Part shown: positions 24,031 through 35,015 of the stretch, piece after piece
Layout of the letters: each line of letters opens with the position of its first letter
How positions within the stretch are numbered: position 1 is the stretch's first letter
Source of the DNA: a virus
Lineage: Duplodnaviria > Heunggongvirae > Uroviricota > Caudoviricetes
Reading direction: 5' to 3' (one strand)
Length of the DNA: 64,000 nt
IMG/VR virus record: IMGVR_UViG_3300009709_000001
Coordinates: 160,001 to 224,000 of that record
The notes under the pieces: model-generated
What the model saw: only the letters and a program-made list of their open reading frames with translations
Database searches by the model: none
Told to the model about the DNA's origin: nothing
Position numbers and translations under genes: made by a program

Positions 24031-25203
24031 TTAATAGAACTTGAGTGTCGAGCTGTCGATACCAACCTTCGAGAGATAGTCGGCCGCGTTACCGAACGAG
24101 TTAGCGGTGTTGGTAAGTTCCAAGTAACCGTAACGTGTCATGAACGAAACAACTGGTTCGAAAGTCTGTGGATCCATAACTGGACCAACGCTCATCAATG
24201 GGATGTATGGGCAGTAATAAGCTGCTGCGTCGGTTTCGGTAGGTCCCTTGTAACCCAAGAGAACTGGATCGCTGTCGCCTGCGTACTGGTTAACGTAGAC
24301 GCGCATTGTGCTGTTCAAAGTACCAACGAACTTGGTGTTAGTTGGAGCTTCGAAAGTACCTTCAGTGGTACGTGCGAACGACGAAGTTGTTGCAGACTGA
24401 AGAATTGTCAACGCTGTTGGCGAAACAACTGCCCAGTTAGCAGCACCACGACGTGTACGTGCAGCGATCAAGTTAGCTTGCTGGTTGATCATAACTGCAA
24501 GAGCAGCCATTTCATCACCAACATAGGTTGCTGTACCAGATACAGCGGCTTGATTAAATGTAGTTGGAGCGACAGGAACCAATGCACCCAACTTGAAGAG
24601 CATTTCCTGGTCGATTTCAACTGTGATTTCTTGTGCAAGAGCTTGCATGATTTCGGCTTCAATGTCGATACCATGGATTGCGTTAGCATCTTGGGCCGCT
24701 TCGAAGGTCCAGCGAGCCGACAACCTACGTGTCTTAGCTTCGACGGTTTCCTTCAAGATCTGGATGCTCATCTTGTTACCTGGAACGCCTTCAAGACGTG
24801 CGGTAGATGCTGCACCTGGATCTGCAACTACTTCGTTACCCGAATATGCTTTCGCAATTTCGAATGGACCAAGAGCTTCAGTACCAGCGGTTACACCAGC
24901 TGCGGTGTTAGCATAGCGAACACGCAAAGTGTGGATTTGGCCGACTGGACCAGTCATTGGCTGAACGCCCATGATTTCGTTAGCGATAACGGTTGGCATA
25001 ACACGTCTGATCAACGGAAGCATTACCTTGTTGAGTACAGCGATGTTACCTGCTTGGGTTGCGCCAGCGGTTGCCGATTCAGCCAAGTAACGGCGTGTAT
25101 TTTCGAACACGACGTCCATTGCTTGACGGCGAGTACCGTTAAGGCCTTCTAGAAGGGCTTCTTTTGTTGCGCCCCAGTTTGATTCAAATAGCTTAGTTGC
25201 CAT
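24031..25203 (-). CDS. major capsid protein (T4 gp23-like)
   Basis: LIRRVMP...GVQPMTGPVGQI...AKTRRLSARWT...YYCPYIPL...FMTRYG. Confidence 0.95.
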   Translation of the reverse strand: MATKLFESNWGATKEALLEGLNGTRRQAMDVVFENTRRYLAESATAGATQAGNIAVLNKVMLPLIRRVMPTVIANEIMGVQPMTGPVGQIHTLRVRYANTAAGVTAGTEALGPFEIAKAYSGNEVVADPGAASTARLEGVPGNKMSIQILKETVEAKTRRLSARWTFEAAQDANAIHGIDIEAEIMQALAQEITVEIDQEMLFKLGALVPVAPTTFNQAAVSGTATYVGDEMAALAVMINQQANLIAARTRRGAANWAVVSPTALTILQSATTSSFARTTEGTFEAPTNTKFVGTLNSTMRVYVNQYAGDSDPVLLGYKGPTETDAAAYYCPYIPLMSVGPVMDPQTFEPVVSFMTRYGYLELTNTANSFGNAADYLSKVGIDSSTLKFY

Positions 25204-25217
25204 TGTATTTCTCCTAA

Positions 25218-26336
25218 TTATTTTCTAATTCCGGCTAAGGACAAAATATGTTTCAATTCTGAGGACTCATCAGTTCCCTCAATTTGAGCGACCTTCGCTC
25301 TGTTACCTGTATTGGCTGACAATGTTGCCTCGTTCAACTGTGTCTTGTTAGACGCAGGTTTACGTTCAGCGGCTTCACTGAGAACGCTTGGTAGATACTT
25401 GTTGTATGCACCTTGCAAATTCTTTGTCTGTACCGATTCAAGCAATTCTTTCATTACCTCTTTCTTGTCCTTAGACAATGGAGCAAGTAATTCGTTCATA
25501 ACTTTCTGTCTTTCGACTAGATCTTGAGTTGCTTTCAACTTGGTGTCGAGACCTTCCATCAAGTTCTTGTTCTTCTTAACCGATTCGTTAAGAGTTGCAA
25601 GTTCCTTGTTCTTAGATTCCAATACCTTCTGAAGCTTCTTAAGCTCTGTACCTTCATTGAGATACGAAGTCATGAATTCAGCTGCAACACTTTCAAAGAT
25701 CTTACGACCGAAATCGTTTTCACGGGCAACACGAATGTCTTCCTTGAACTGACCAATTTCAGAACGCAAAGTCTTTTCGATGTTCGACTCGACGATCTGA
25801 GCTGCACGCTTGATAAACTGTGCCTTTGTTTCTTGTAGCTTCTGCTTGCCTTCTGCAACCATTTTGACTTTCTGTTCCACGAGGGACTTCTTGTCTGCAC
25901 GGAACTCGCGAATTTCTTCTGCAAGTTGCTTCAAAAGGAAGTTTTCCAACTTTCTGAAGTTTTCCTTCATTGCGACCTTTTCGTCGCGGAATTCCTTCAT
26001 TTCCTTAGCTACGGCTTCTGTGATGAACTTGTTTAGCATTCCAGTGTGTTCAACGAGCTTGCTTTTGTAAGCAATTCGTTCTGCGACAAGTTTTCTCTTG
26101 TCTTCGGCGAATTCTTCGAGTTCAACGCGGACTTTGTCTGTCAAGAAACGATCCATTGACTCAACAATGACACCCTTGTCGTGTTCGAATCTACGAGCAA
26201 ATTCCTCACGGAGTGTTGCTGCAACTTCTTCACGAGCTTCAGATAGTCTTGCTTCCCACAAACCAACAATCTGGTTACGGGCGTCTTCGGACAGTCCAAC
26301 GCTTTCACTCAAGATCTCATCAATTTTCTTTGCCAT
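25218..26336 (-). CDS. prohead scaffolding protein (gp22-like)
   Basis: Coiled-coil E/K-rich protein between protease and capsid genes. Confidence 0.85.
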   Translation of the reverse strand: MAKKIDEILSESVGLSEDARNQIVGLWEARLSEAREEVAATLREEFARRFEHDKGVIVESMDRFLTDKVRVELEEFAEDKRKLVAERIAYKSKLVEHTGMLNKFITEAVAKEMKEFRDEKVAMKENFRKLENFLLKQLAEEIREFRADKKSLVEQKVKMVAEGKQKLQETKAQFIKRAAQIVESNIEKTLRSEIGQFKEDIRVARENDFGRKIFESVAAEFMTSYLNEGTELKKLQKVLESKNKELATLNESVKKNKNLMEGLDTKLKATQDLVERQKVMNELLAPLSKDKKEVMKELLESVQTKNLQGAYNKYLPSVLSEAAERKPASNKTQLNEATLSANTGNRAKVAQIEGTDESSELKHILSLAGIRK

Positions 26337-26347
26337 CTTGAGTTCTC

Positions 26348-26980
26348 CTAAATTTTTAACTCTTGAATAAATCTCTGAATGTCTTTCATGAGTTGTTTCT
26401 GAGCTGCTGCTTCAGTCAATGCTTCCCTTGCGGTGGTAATGATTCTGCTGCCGCCCTTCATATTGAAAAGACTTTCATATATCGTTCTAGGGAACGCATT
26501 CGGAGCACTTGGTTGTGCAACAATGTCGACAGTAATAATTTCGAAATCCGAAACAGTACCATCGTCATTTACGTTTCCAGAACCACGGGATGAAACGCCC
26601 AACTTTGCGCCCGATAGCAATAGTGTCTTTACAATATTGCCCACCGGAGTTGGAACGATTTTCAACTTACCGTATCCATCAGCGCCATCCATCCACATTT
26701 CTGTGATTAGATGACTTACGCGGTCAAGGTTAATAGAAAGTTCTTCAGGGTGATCAAGTTCACCCATAACCGACTGACCTACGTTTAATTTTTCGGTAAT
26801 AGAGTTAACAGCCCTGGCAATTTCTCGAACAGGATACACGCGCTGGTTTTGGTTTCTTACGTCACCCTGAATAAAGATACCCTTCATGCAGAGATCTTTA
26901 CCGCCAGTCTTGTTATCCTCTTCGAGCAATTGGACGTGTGCCTTGTCGAACGACAGATACTCGTACAGTTTATTTGCCAT
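26348..26980 (-). CDS. prohead protease (gp21-like)
   Basis: NQNQRVYP, GELDHP, LGVSSRGSG, DIVAQPSAP. Confidence 0.95.
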   Translation of the reverse strand: MANKLYEYLSFDKAHVQLLEEDNKTGGKDLCMKGIFIQGDVRNQNQRVYPVREIARAVNSITEKLNVGQSVMGELDHPEELSINLDRVSHLITEMWMDGADGYGKLKIVPTPVGNIVKTLLLSGAKLGVSSRGSGNVNDDGTVSDFEIITVDIVAQPSAPNAFPRTIYESLFNMKGGSRIITTAREALTEAAAQKQLMKDIQRFIQELKI

Positions 26981-26995
26981 AACTTCTATCTATCC

Positions 26996-28012
26996 TTAAG
27001 ATGGCTTCTTGGTTAGAGGAGACTTAGTGAAACCTGGGCCTGCTGCCTTACCGCCGGTATACTTGGCAGTTGTGTCAGCCTTGATGCCTGATTTCTTTGG
27101 TTCAACCTTAACGTTATCGGTAGGGGTGTCATCTTTAGCAGAGTCACCATTGTACTTGCCGTATTCACCGCCTGTACCACCGTTACCACCAATCTTAGTT
27201 GGCTTTCCACCGTAATCCTTGCGAGCTGGGATATTGGTATAAGGAGACTTGTCTTGTTCAGCACCTAGCGGAGTATTCTTCCCGGTACCAACTAGACCTG
27301 CCTTACCCTTTTGACCGGTATCAGCAACCTTTTGCAAGAATTGGGTTTCTTCATCAACCTTCTTGTCTTTCTTCTTGTCTTTTGCCTGTGGAGCAACTTC
27401 AAGTTTCTTGTCTTTCTTCTTTTCGTGCATGACTGCTACGACTTCACCAACGACTTGTTCTTGTCCACCCATATCAGGTGCACCGCCCATATCGCCCATT
27501 CCGCCGTCGCCGAATTCGTCTTCGATGCCACTCATTTCATCGCCTAGATCAGCGTGTTGTGGTTCCATCATTTCTTCGCCCATAAGTGCGTCGAATTCTG
27601 CACGTAGTTCAGCTAGTTGAGACTCTAGGTCTTCGACGCGATCTTCCACGCTGCCGTCGCCCATACCATCATCTTCGCCGCCGAAAGCGTCATCGCCGCC
27701 TTCTTCATCATCTGCTTCGCCGTCATCTTCGCTATCGTCAGATCCAGCTTCGCCGTCGTTTTCTTCGTCAGCGTCTACTTCGTCTTTATCAGCACCGATT
27801 TCATCAGTAAAGTCTTTATTTGGTTCACCACCAACTTCATCGCTTTCTGTAAGCTCTTCATCGTCATCTTTGACTTCGTCTTCGTCGACGATGCTTTCAT
27901 AGATGGTTCGTGCTTTTTCTACAATGATTTGATGGAGAAGTTCAGCTGCCTGGTCTGAATCTTCGCTAAGTAGCAAATCCAGTACCTTTTCAAGCTTCTG
28001 TTGTTGTGACAT
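26996..28012 (-). CDS. acidic prohead core protein
   Basis: Very D/E-rich; lies in the head operon; AGGAGA SD. Confidence 0.65.
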   Translation of the reverse strand: MSQQQKLEKVLDLLLSEDSDQAAELLHQIIVEKARTIYESIVDEDEVKDDDEELTESDEVGGEPNKDFTDEIGADKDEVDADEENDGEAGSDDSEDDGEADDEEGGDDAFGGEDDGMGDGSVEDRVEDLESQLAELRAEFDALMGEEMMEPQHADLGDEMSGIEDEFGDGGMGDMGGAPDMGGQEQVVGEVVAVMHEKKKDKKLEVAPQAKDKKKDKKVDEETQFLQKVADTGQKGKAGLVGTGKNTPLGAEQDKSPYTNIPARKDYGGKPTKIGGNGGTGGEYGKYNGDSAKDDTPTDNVKVEPKKSGIKADTTAKYTGGKAAGPGFTKSPLTKKPS

Positions 28013-28184
28013 GCCCAATCTCTCCTTGATCAGTTAAAGTTCCAATTACTACTTTAGTAGTATTCTAGGTATTTAACGCGAGAGATGGGATTAGTGGTGG
28101 AAATGGGTCAGAAAGACGCCATTTTGGGATTTTGATCGTTCTAATGATTATTTAGTGACGGCTGAACTGAGATAAAAATCCGCT

Positions 28185-28412
28185 TTATAGGCCGCCAGGT
28201 GCACCAGCTGCAGGTTCTGCAGAAACACCGTACATATCAGGAAGGAAATCAAGATGCTGAGCTTTTTCATATTTTTCGGCATCTCTTGACTTACGAAGTT
28301 TCTGCAAATGTGTCATAGTCAGGCGTGGACGACGGGTGTCATCCATTTTCGCCTGGCCAAGTTTATCGTCGGCTGGATCGTAAAATTCAACTAAGAGGTC
28401 TTTTGCTTTCAT
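28185..28412 (-). CDS. small head-operon protein
   Basis: 75 aa, DTRRPRLT motif, follows the portal gene. Confidence 0.75.
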   Translation of the reverse strand: MKAKDLLVEFYDPADDKLGQAKMDDTRRPRLTMTHLQKLRKSRDAEKYEKAQHLDFLPDMYGVSAEPAAGAPGGL

Positions 28413-28430
28413 ACCTGTATTTACCTATTA

Positions 28431-30161
28431 CTAGCCGCCAAAGCCGTTGACTTCATCGTCTGATACTTCACCTGGAGTTTCTCCGCCGGGCAATTCTTCA
28501 TCTTCTGGAGACATATTGTCAATGCCAGAACTTGTAATACCGACATCAGAAAGTCCAGTAGGTGCTGATCCACCAACACCTGGTGCTCCACCGCCACCCA
28601 ATCCTGCATCAGGTGCAAAGGTCTTGGTAAGTCTGCTACGCTCTTCCTTCCACATACGCTCGTTCTTTTCAAGCTGTGCTTCTGTCCATCCCAAATATTC
28701 GATAAGAATAAATCTCTTCGAAACATAAGGAACATCCATTAGAGCAGTGAAAGTATTAATTCTTGCAGAATCGAGTTCTAGTTGACGATATTCAGAGAAC
28801 GATTGCGGAGGTGTAAATTCAATGTCGAACAAACTGTTGTCGATAGAAACACCACGATGCTTCAAGAACAACTTGAATTCCATATCCAATGGCTCGATAA
28901 CTTGTTGCTGATAACGAGAAACAACTTTAGCGAAACGGAATTCCTGAATAAATGCCGAACCCACACGACCGTCATTAACGGTTGCTGTTCCGTCTTCCGG
29001 ACCTGTCGGAAGATACGAGCTTGGAACACCAAGCGCACGAAGCATCTTGTTATTGAAATAACGCAAGTCATCAATATCACCAAGATTTTCACCGCCCGGT
29101 AGAACTTCAACTTTGGAACCACGGCCTTCACTGGTTACAGCAAAGAAGTAGTCTTCAAGAATCGACATTGGATTATATGTAGAATCTACAACGTTTGCAC
29201 CGCCGCCAGTTCTGCTAGGAATACGTTTCTGTTGAACTTCATAACGAATACGTTCTAGGTATTGCGATGCCTTGTTAGGTGGCATGGTACCGACGTCAAT
29301 GAAGAAAACACGACGTTCAGGTGCACGGTGAACACGATAGATAAGAATCGCATCTTCTAACAATTCCTTCTGTTTGTAAACCTTATAGATTTGTTCCAGA
29401 ATACTTAGACCAAAAGGCCAAGCTGCATTCATACCATCAGTGAGAGATAGTTGGACAATGTGTTCAGCATCTACTGCCAAGGCGCCACCGTCCTGATAGT
29501 TCGCTGTTCCGGCTCCACCGTAACCACCAGAAATGTAATTCATATTACCTTGCATTGGCGGCGAAAACACGACACTGTTGGATCCAAATGCTTCATTTGA
29601 AACTTTGTTAAGTTGGTTTGTGGCAACCATACTCTTAACATTTAGGTCTACATCCTTAATGAAATAGCTTTCAATTTTCTTACCATCGCTTTCGTTAACG
29701 ATAACCTTTTCGACCTTAGCCGGGTCAACCCAATAAAGTTCGAATGTTTCAGGATCGCGAATGAAAAACTGATCACCGTACTGTAATGTCGATCTAAACA
29801 TTCTCCATAGACGTTTGGTTAGTTTATTCAATCTAACCCATTGTCCTAGAGATTTTTCTAGAATCTGAATTTCAGATGGTGTAGGATCATCATTATATTT
29901 GATAACCAATGGCAATTGAGTTGTTTCGTCGTTTTCTGTTCCAAAGTCGGCAATAGTATCTAACGCCGCGCTGATTTCATGATCGAAATTCATCTGATCA
30001 TAAACAGAATATCTTTGCAGACGATCCGGCGGACCAGAATATACTTCCGGTAGCCAGTTACTATACTTCGCTGTCGAAGCATATGCAGAGGTACTATCAA
30101 CAGTTCTTTGTGCAGCCGGAAGAACTGAGTTTACAGGACGAAACATTTTCTTCCAAGTCAT
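28431..30161 (-). CDS. portal protein (gp20-like)
   Basis: LLEDAILIYRVHRAPERRVFFIDVG, EDYFF, LPGGENLG. Confidence 0.95.
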   Translation of the reverse strand: MTWKKMFRPVNSVLPAAQRTVDSTSAYASTAKYSNWLPEVYSGPPDRLQRYSVYDQMNFDHEISAALDTIADFGTENDETTQLPLVIKYNDDPTPSEIQILEKSLGQWVRLNKLTKRLWRMFRSTLQYGDQFFIRDPETFELYWVDPAKVEKVIVNESDGKKIESYFIKDVDLNVKSMVATNQLNKVSNEAFGSNSVVFSPPMQGNMNYISGGYGGAGTANYQDGGALAVDAEHIVQLSLTDGMNAAWPFGLSILEQIYKVYKQKELLEDAILIYRVHRAPERRVFFIDVGTMPPNKASQYLERIRYEVQQKRIPSRTGGGANVVDSTYNPMSILEDYFFAVTSEGRGSKVEVLPGGENLGDIDDLRYFNNKMLRALGVPSSYLPTGPEDGTATVNDGRVGSAFIQEFRFAKVVSRYQQQVIEPLDMEFKLFLKHRGVSIDNSLFDIEFTPPQSFSEYRQLELDSARINTFTALMDVPYVSKRFILIEYLGWTEAQLEKNERMWKEERSRLTKTFAPDAGLGGGGAPGVGGSAPTGLSDVGITSSGIDNMSPEDEELPGGETPGEVSDDEVNGFGG

Positions 30162-30664
30162 TTTACTCTCCTGTTTTGTGCTTCACGTCGAGCAGCCGAC
30201 CACGGCTGACCTTTCTTAGTTTCAGAAATCTTTTGATTTCTTCCATCATCGATTCTTCCCATATTTGCCTTTCTAATATTTTCGGCATGCTCTGCAGACT
30301 TTTTCTTTCTGTAGTTTTTCTTCTGTTCTTCGGTCCTAATCTTGCCAGAATTTCCTTTAGAGATTTTTATTCTAGATTCGATACTTAATTTCTTTCCTAG
30401 CATACCCCTAGGACTCGCATGACCGCCATGTATCTTATTTTCAAGTATTCCAGTTCCATCAATCTTTAAACCATAAAATTCAGTAAGTTCTCGTTCGATA
30501 CAAAGCGCTTCCTGTTCGGTAAGATTAAATTTAATTATTTCAATCTGAGATTTATCTTTAGGAACCCTTTGTCCACGGTGTAAATCATAAGCTCTATTAC
30601 CGTGACCCATACCGATATAATATGGCTGTCCATTTTCCATATATCGATAAACATAATAGCTCAT
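30158..30664 (-). CDS. GIY-YIG/NUMOD3 homing endonuclease
   Basis: YYVY...PYYIGMG..R; NUMOD3 repeats. Confidence 0.85.
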   Translation of the reverse strand: MSYYVYRYMENGQPYYIGMGHGNRAYDLHRGQRVPKDKSQIEIIKFNLTEQEALCIERELTEFYGLKIDGTGILENKIHGGHASPRGMLGKKLSIESRIKISKGNSGKIRTEEQKKNYRKKKSAEHAENIRKANMGRIDDGRNQKISETKKGQPWSAARREAQNRRVK

Positions 30665-33264
30665 TGGTTTCTCGTATATCTCAAAATATCCTTGTTAACG
30701 GCAAGCAAGCCATTAATACCAAGAAGAATTTGTTCCTGTAACAACCCTTGATAATTGAGTAGACTATTTATGTCAGTGTTACGGGCGGCTTTCTCAAGAC
30801 TTGATCCAGGTTGCGACGATGGAATACTTGCAGCCATTTCAGTATTTGTCGAAGGCTGTTCTTCCTTGGGTGCATTTCCTGCCGATGGACTATCGATTGT
30901 AGAACGCATCGGTGTTTTCGGAACTGTAACAACTTTCTCTAGTGTCGACTGTTTTGCCTGAGCAGGAGGTGTTACTACAACCACTGTAGGTTGTTGTGTC
31001 TGAGGTTGTGGTGTAGGTTTTGTATTTTGTTTATCTACTCTTGCCTTACGTTCTTCGTCAGCCTTGGCTTCTTGTTCTTCTAACTTTCTGCGACCCTCAA
31101 TTCGATCTCTCGCATCGGAACCAATTGATCCCGGAATATAGGAAAGAAGTTTATCGATTGCTTGGAAAACAAAATCGAACAATTTTGTTACAAATTCAAA
31201 TTTACTTAGAATTTTATTAAGTTGAGTTCCAATCATGTAACCAATGTCGAAAGCACCCCATAGGGCCCCAAGTACACCAAGGAAACGGCCTGCAAAGCCG
31301 AGAACTTTTCCTAAGAAGGCACCTAGGTCTGCAAGGATAGGTCCAACTCTAGAAAGTAAACCTTCAAACAATGTTCCGATACTTCCAAAGAATTTAGAAA
31401 ACACATTCTTAATCCAGGATCCAGCAGCAACAATACCATCGACGATTGCCGAAAATGCATTCTTAAACCAAGTGCCGATATTAGAACCTATCCCGGTAAT
31501 TGCATTCTTAAGCCATGTACCAGCAGAAACAATTCCATCACCCACTGCTGAAATCTTGGATAGAATATTTGCCCATAGGTTAGTTAGCTTTGTGCCCATT
31601 CCGGAAAACGCAGAAGAAATAAATTCTCCGGCGGCCATAAACGGTCGTTTAATAAATCCAAAAATTGCTTTCGCACCATTTGCAATTCCGGAACCAAGAC
31701 TCTTAAATGCTCGAGTAACTACACCCTTACCATTTAATAATTTCGAAGTAATAGCATCAAATTTTCTAATTGCCAAAGTTACCGATGCAATTAGACCAGT
31801 TGCAATAACACCGACACCAATCCAGCTTCTTGTCTCACCATTAATTTTACCAATGACACCATAGATAGCATCATTGAGTAATTTCATTGCACCGGTTACA
31901 GCGTTAACTTGAGATTCGAGTGGGAAGAATGCTGCTTGAAGACTTGCTGTAAACTTTTCAACCTGAGTTTGCAGGCCGGCAATAGTTGCTTCAGTCTTGG
32001 TTGCACTATCCTGTTGTTTTTCGGTTGCATTAGAAACACCACGAGCTTGTTGTTGCAAACCATTAATGAGTTCCAACGATGCCTGGGCTGATTGATTTCC
32101 GGCTGCTAATTGACTTTGCAGGGCAGAAATAGTTCCCGGTGAAATTCCTTTAAGAAGAGAATCTAATCTTTTCTGAGCTTCTGTAGGATCCAGGTATCTA
32201 GCATCTTTTGCAAGTCTACCGAGTTGATTTGCTAAGTCACCAAGACCAGCGTGTTGCAAATCTTTATAGGCCTGAGTAAAGACTGGATCGATTGCGGCAG
32301 CCATTTGCTGGAATACCTTACCAACACTTTGATCTTTAAATCCAGCAGTAAATTCCGCCACTCTTTTTGCCGCTTCTTCACCGTAGGTTGCTGCAACCAA
32401 TGTTGAATCAGCCGAGCGAGCGTTCGCCTTCATATTCTCTTGAAGTTGCTGTCTGCTCAATCCGACAGTCTGCGACAACTTGTTTAAATCGGCACCCAAT
32501 TTAATTGCATCGGCCGCAAGGGAATCCGCAGACTTGCCACGAATATCTGAATAGCCAGATTCGGCCTCCATCAAAGTTCCGAGCAATTCTGCCTGTTGTT
32601 CTGAACTGTAGCCAAGGGCTATCAGTTTCGTATTGGTCATTGAAAGAGTTTTACCAAACTTTGCAACACCGACTGCATTAACAGTGGTCGAATATTTTTC
32701 CATTACCTTCTGTAAAGTTTCAAGACGCAGACCAGTTTGATTGACAAGCTTGTTTAGCATATCAAATCCACTGGTAGTTTCATCCTGACCATTTAATACA
32801 TTAATACCGGATTTATATAGGGAATCGTATACATCGAGATAGGCAGACTCGGCTTTAAAAACCTTTGTGCCAATTGCTGCCAAGTTTCCAAGAGCGAAGT
32901 TAACTCGATCGTTGAAAAGTTTATCTTTCTTTTCCCTTTCTCTTTTTTGCTTCTCAGCCTTTTCGTCGTCTTTGGCACGCTTCTGCTGCTTTTCGCCTTC
33001 CTTATTAGCTTTCGCTAAATTCTTAATGTATTCATCAAGACCCTTGTTGACTTTATCAACATCGTCGGCAGAAAGGCCGTTACCTTTAGAGGTAGCAGAC
33101 TTTATGAGTTGAGCAAGGGATTTTGTTTGAACATCGAGACTCTTTCTAAGATACATCTCAATGTGTTCCGCTGTATCCTGAGTAGCCCACGGCGGAAGCC
33201 CGTTAAGGGCATCGGTAAAAGCGCCTTCTGCAGCGCCTGTTATGAATACTGAATTATCAGCCAT
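30661..33264 (-). CDS. tape-measure-like protein
   Basis: 867 aa helical, with W/F-periodic amphipathic repeats. Confidence 0.65.
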   Translation of the reverse strand: MADNSVFITGAAEGAFTDALNGLPPWATQDTAEHIEMYLRKSLDVQTKSLAQLIKSATSKGNGLSADDVDKVNKGLDEYIKNLAKANKEGEKQQKRAKDDEKAEKQKREREKKDKLFNDRVNFALGNLAAIGTKVFKAESAYLDVYDSLYKSGINVLNGQDETTSGFDMLNKLVNQTGLRLETLQKVMEKYSTTVNAVGVAKFGKTLSMTNTKLIALGYSSEQQAELLGTLMEAESGYSDIRGKSADSLAADAIKLGADLNKLSQTVGLSRQQLQENMKANARSADSTLVAATYGEEAAKRVAEFTAGFKDQSVGKVFQQMAAAIDPVFTQAYKDLQHAGLGDLANQLGRLAKDARYLDPTEAQKRLDSLLKGISPGTISALQSQLAAGNQSAQASLELINGLQQQARGVSNATEKQQDSATKTEATIAGLQTQVEKFTASLQAAFFPLESQVNAVTGAMKLLNDAIYGVIGKINGETRSWIGVGVIATGLIASVTLAIRKFDAITSKLLNGKGVVTRAFKSLGSGIANGAKAIFGFIKRPFMAAGEFISSAFSGMGTKLTNLWANILSKISAVGDGIVSAGTWLKNAITGIGSNIGTWFKNAFSAIVDGIVAAGSWIKNVFSKFFGSIGTLFEGLLSRVGPILADLGAFLGKVLGFAGRFLGVLGALWGAFDIGYMIGTQLNKILSKFEFVTKLFDFVFQAIDKLLSYIPGSIGSDARDRIEGRRKLEEQEAKADEERKARVDKQNTKPTPQPQTQQPTVVVVTPPAQAKQSTLEKVVTVPKTPMRSTIDSPSAGNAPKEEQPSTNTEMAASIPSSQPGSSLEKAARNTDINSLLNYQGLLQEQILLGINGLLAVNKDILRYTRNQ

Positions 33265-33343
33265 AGATTTTCTTGATTAAGTACCGTGATAAATAAGCGA
33301 AACAATATCAAATACTATTTATCAAAGTATTTTCAGGAGAATT

Positions 33344-34216
33344 ATGGACAGACCAATGACACAAATGCCACAGGCACCTGCAGCAAGAGCAAATCCTCTA
33401 TCGCAGTTCTTCAGATCTGTGAAAATGTATATTTCGCTACCAAGCGGAAGCGCCTATTACGGACCCGGCGTTGTTAACCTAACTGCATCTGGTGAAGTCG
33501 GTGTTATGGCAATGACCGGCAAAGACGAAATTGCACTAAAGAATCCAGATGGATTGCTAAACGGCGAAGCCTTGATTGAGGTTATAACGAGTTGTGTTCC
33601 GAATGTAATCAATCCACGAGCATTGCTCGCAAACGATATTGATGCAATCATTACTGCAATTCGATATGCAACTTACAACGATACTCTCGAAACAGAGTTA
33701 ATCTGCCCTAACTGCAAGGCCGAAAATACGTTTAAGGTCGATATGCAACAAGCGCTCGATCATATGGAATTCCTTGATCCAGAATACATTGTGGATCTTG
33801 AGAGCGGATTGAGTGTTTTTGTAAAACCTTATGCCTTCCCCGAAATTCTAAAGGGTTTGCATATCCAACTTGAAAACGCAAAAATCGGTCGTGCTATCGA
33901 TAGCCAACAACTTACCGACGAACAGCGTTCAGCAATGTTTGGCAAGGCCTTCAAAGAAATTGCAACCACAAAGTTCGAATTGCTAACTACGGCTATCGTT
34001 AAGATTCAGAAAGAATCGGATGGGCTTGAAGTTACTGACAAGAAATTCATCAAAGAATTCCTAGTAAACATCGATAAGAAGGATGTTGATAAAATTCACG
34101 ACCTTATTGAAAAGATTAATCAGATTGGTATCAAAAGAACTTTCCAAGCTAAATGCTCGGCTTGCGAACACGAATGGGAAAGTGACATTGACTTCAATCC
34201 AGTAAATTTTTCCTGA
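33344..34216 (+). CDS. baseplate hub assembly protein/tail chaperone (gp26-like)
   Basis: LPSG..Y, MTGKDE, AIRYATY, two CxxC motifs, ends FNPVNFS. Confidence 0.75.
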   Translation: MDRPMTQMPQAPAARANPLSQFFRSVKMYISLPSGSAYYGPGVVNLTASGEVGVMAMTGKDEIALKNPDGLLNGEALIEVITSCVPNVINPRALLANDIDAIITAIRYATYNDTLETELICPNCKAENTFKVDMQQALDHMEFLDPEYIVDLESGLSVFVKPYAFPEILKGLHIQLENAKIGRAIDSQQLTDEQRSAMFGKAFKEIATTKFELLTTAIVKIQKESDGLEVTDKKFIKEFLVNIDKKDVDKIHDLIEKINQIGIKRTFQAKCSACEHEWESDIDFNPVNFS

Positions 34217-34443
34217 GGTCCTTAATTACTTTACCAGCCGAGAAATTAAGAGACCTGATCGATTCCTACATTAAGGATGGTATCAGTCTTAAAGAGCAAA
34301 TCTCTGACCTCATATACCACATGGAAGGCGGCATTGAATTCAATTCTGCCTGGGGTATGAGTTTCGAGGACAGAGAGATTGCAGTAAGGATTATAAACAA
34401 GAGACTCAAAGAACAGAACCCAGGTGGTAAGGAATATATGTAA
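34210..34443 (+). CDS. gp51-like extension in the -1 frame (probable programmed frameshift product)
   Basis: Open frame FLRSLITLP...MSFEDRE...EYM starting at slippery A AAT TTT (34204-34210); missing from the ORF track. Confidence 0.6.
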   Translation, partial: FLRSLITLPAEKLRDLIDSYIKDGISLKEQISDLIYHMEGGIEFNSAWGMSFEDREIAVRIINKRLKEQNPGGKEYM

Positions 34444-34445
34444 TC

Positions 34446-35015
34446 ATGCATAAGAAAACTATTCTCAAAGACATAGATGTACCTGTCAATGATCTAGATT
34501 GCTGGGAGAGATATCCGAAACATCGTTGGGTATATGAGGCCACACGCCTGTTTGATACACAAAATATTTCGTGGTCCTTATTCAGCACAAAAGAACAAGA
34601 TTCTGCTGTCAGGTGCATTGACATAGACACTGCTGAGAGCTATAAAACTGGGCAAATTTTCACAAAAACTCCAACTGGGACTCATATGTTCACAGAGGTG
34701 TTTATCGTCAAGGGCGAGATCAAACACATCAGGCATATCGATCCCACAAGTGGAGAACTTCAATCGCAAATAATCGGAGAAATCGAGCTAAAACTCAATG
34801 CCTTCGTGACATTGCATTTTCAAAAGTTTACTGGTGTCATCACGACAGAAACTTATTCAAACGAGATTCATAGTATTCGTCTCAAACCAAAGTCAGACCT
34901 AGGCCAAGAAACAAATTTAGAAATAGTTAAACTGATTAAGAGAATTTACAAGAAAACAGATTTAACATTAAGCGGTCTTACAGACCGTGTTTTTCATGAA
35001 TCACTCGCTTCGTAA
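34446..35015 (+). CDS. hypothetical protein
   Basis: 189-aa ORF. Confidence 0.75.
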   Translation: MHKKTILKDIDVPVNDLDCWERYPKHRWVYEATRLFDTQNISWSLFSTKEQDSAVRCIDIDTAESYKTGQIFTKTPTGTHMFTEVFIVKGEIKHIRHIDPTSGELQSQIIGEIELKLNAFVTLHFQKFTGVITTETYSNEIHSIRLKPKSDLGQETNLEIVKLIKRIYKKTDLTLSGLTDRVFHESLAS

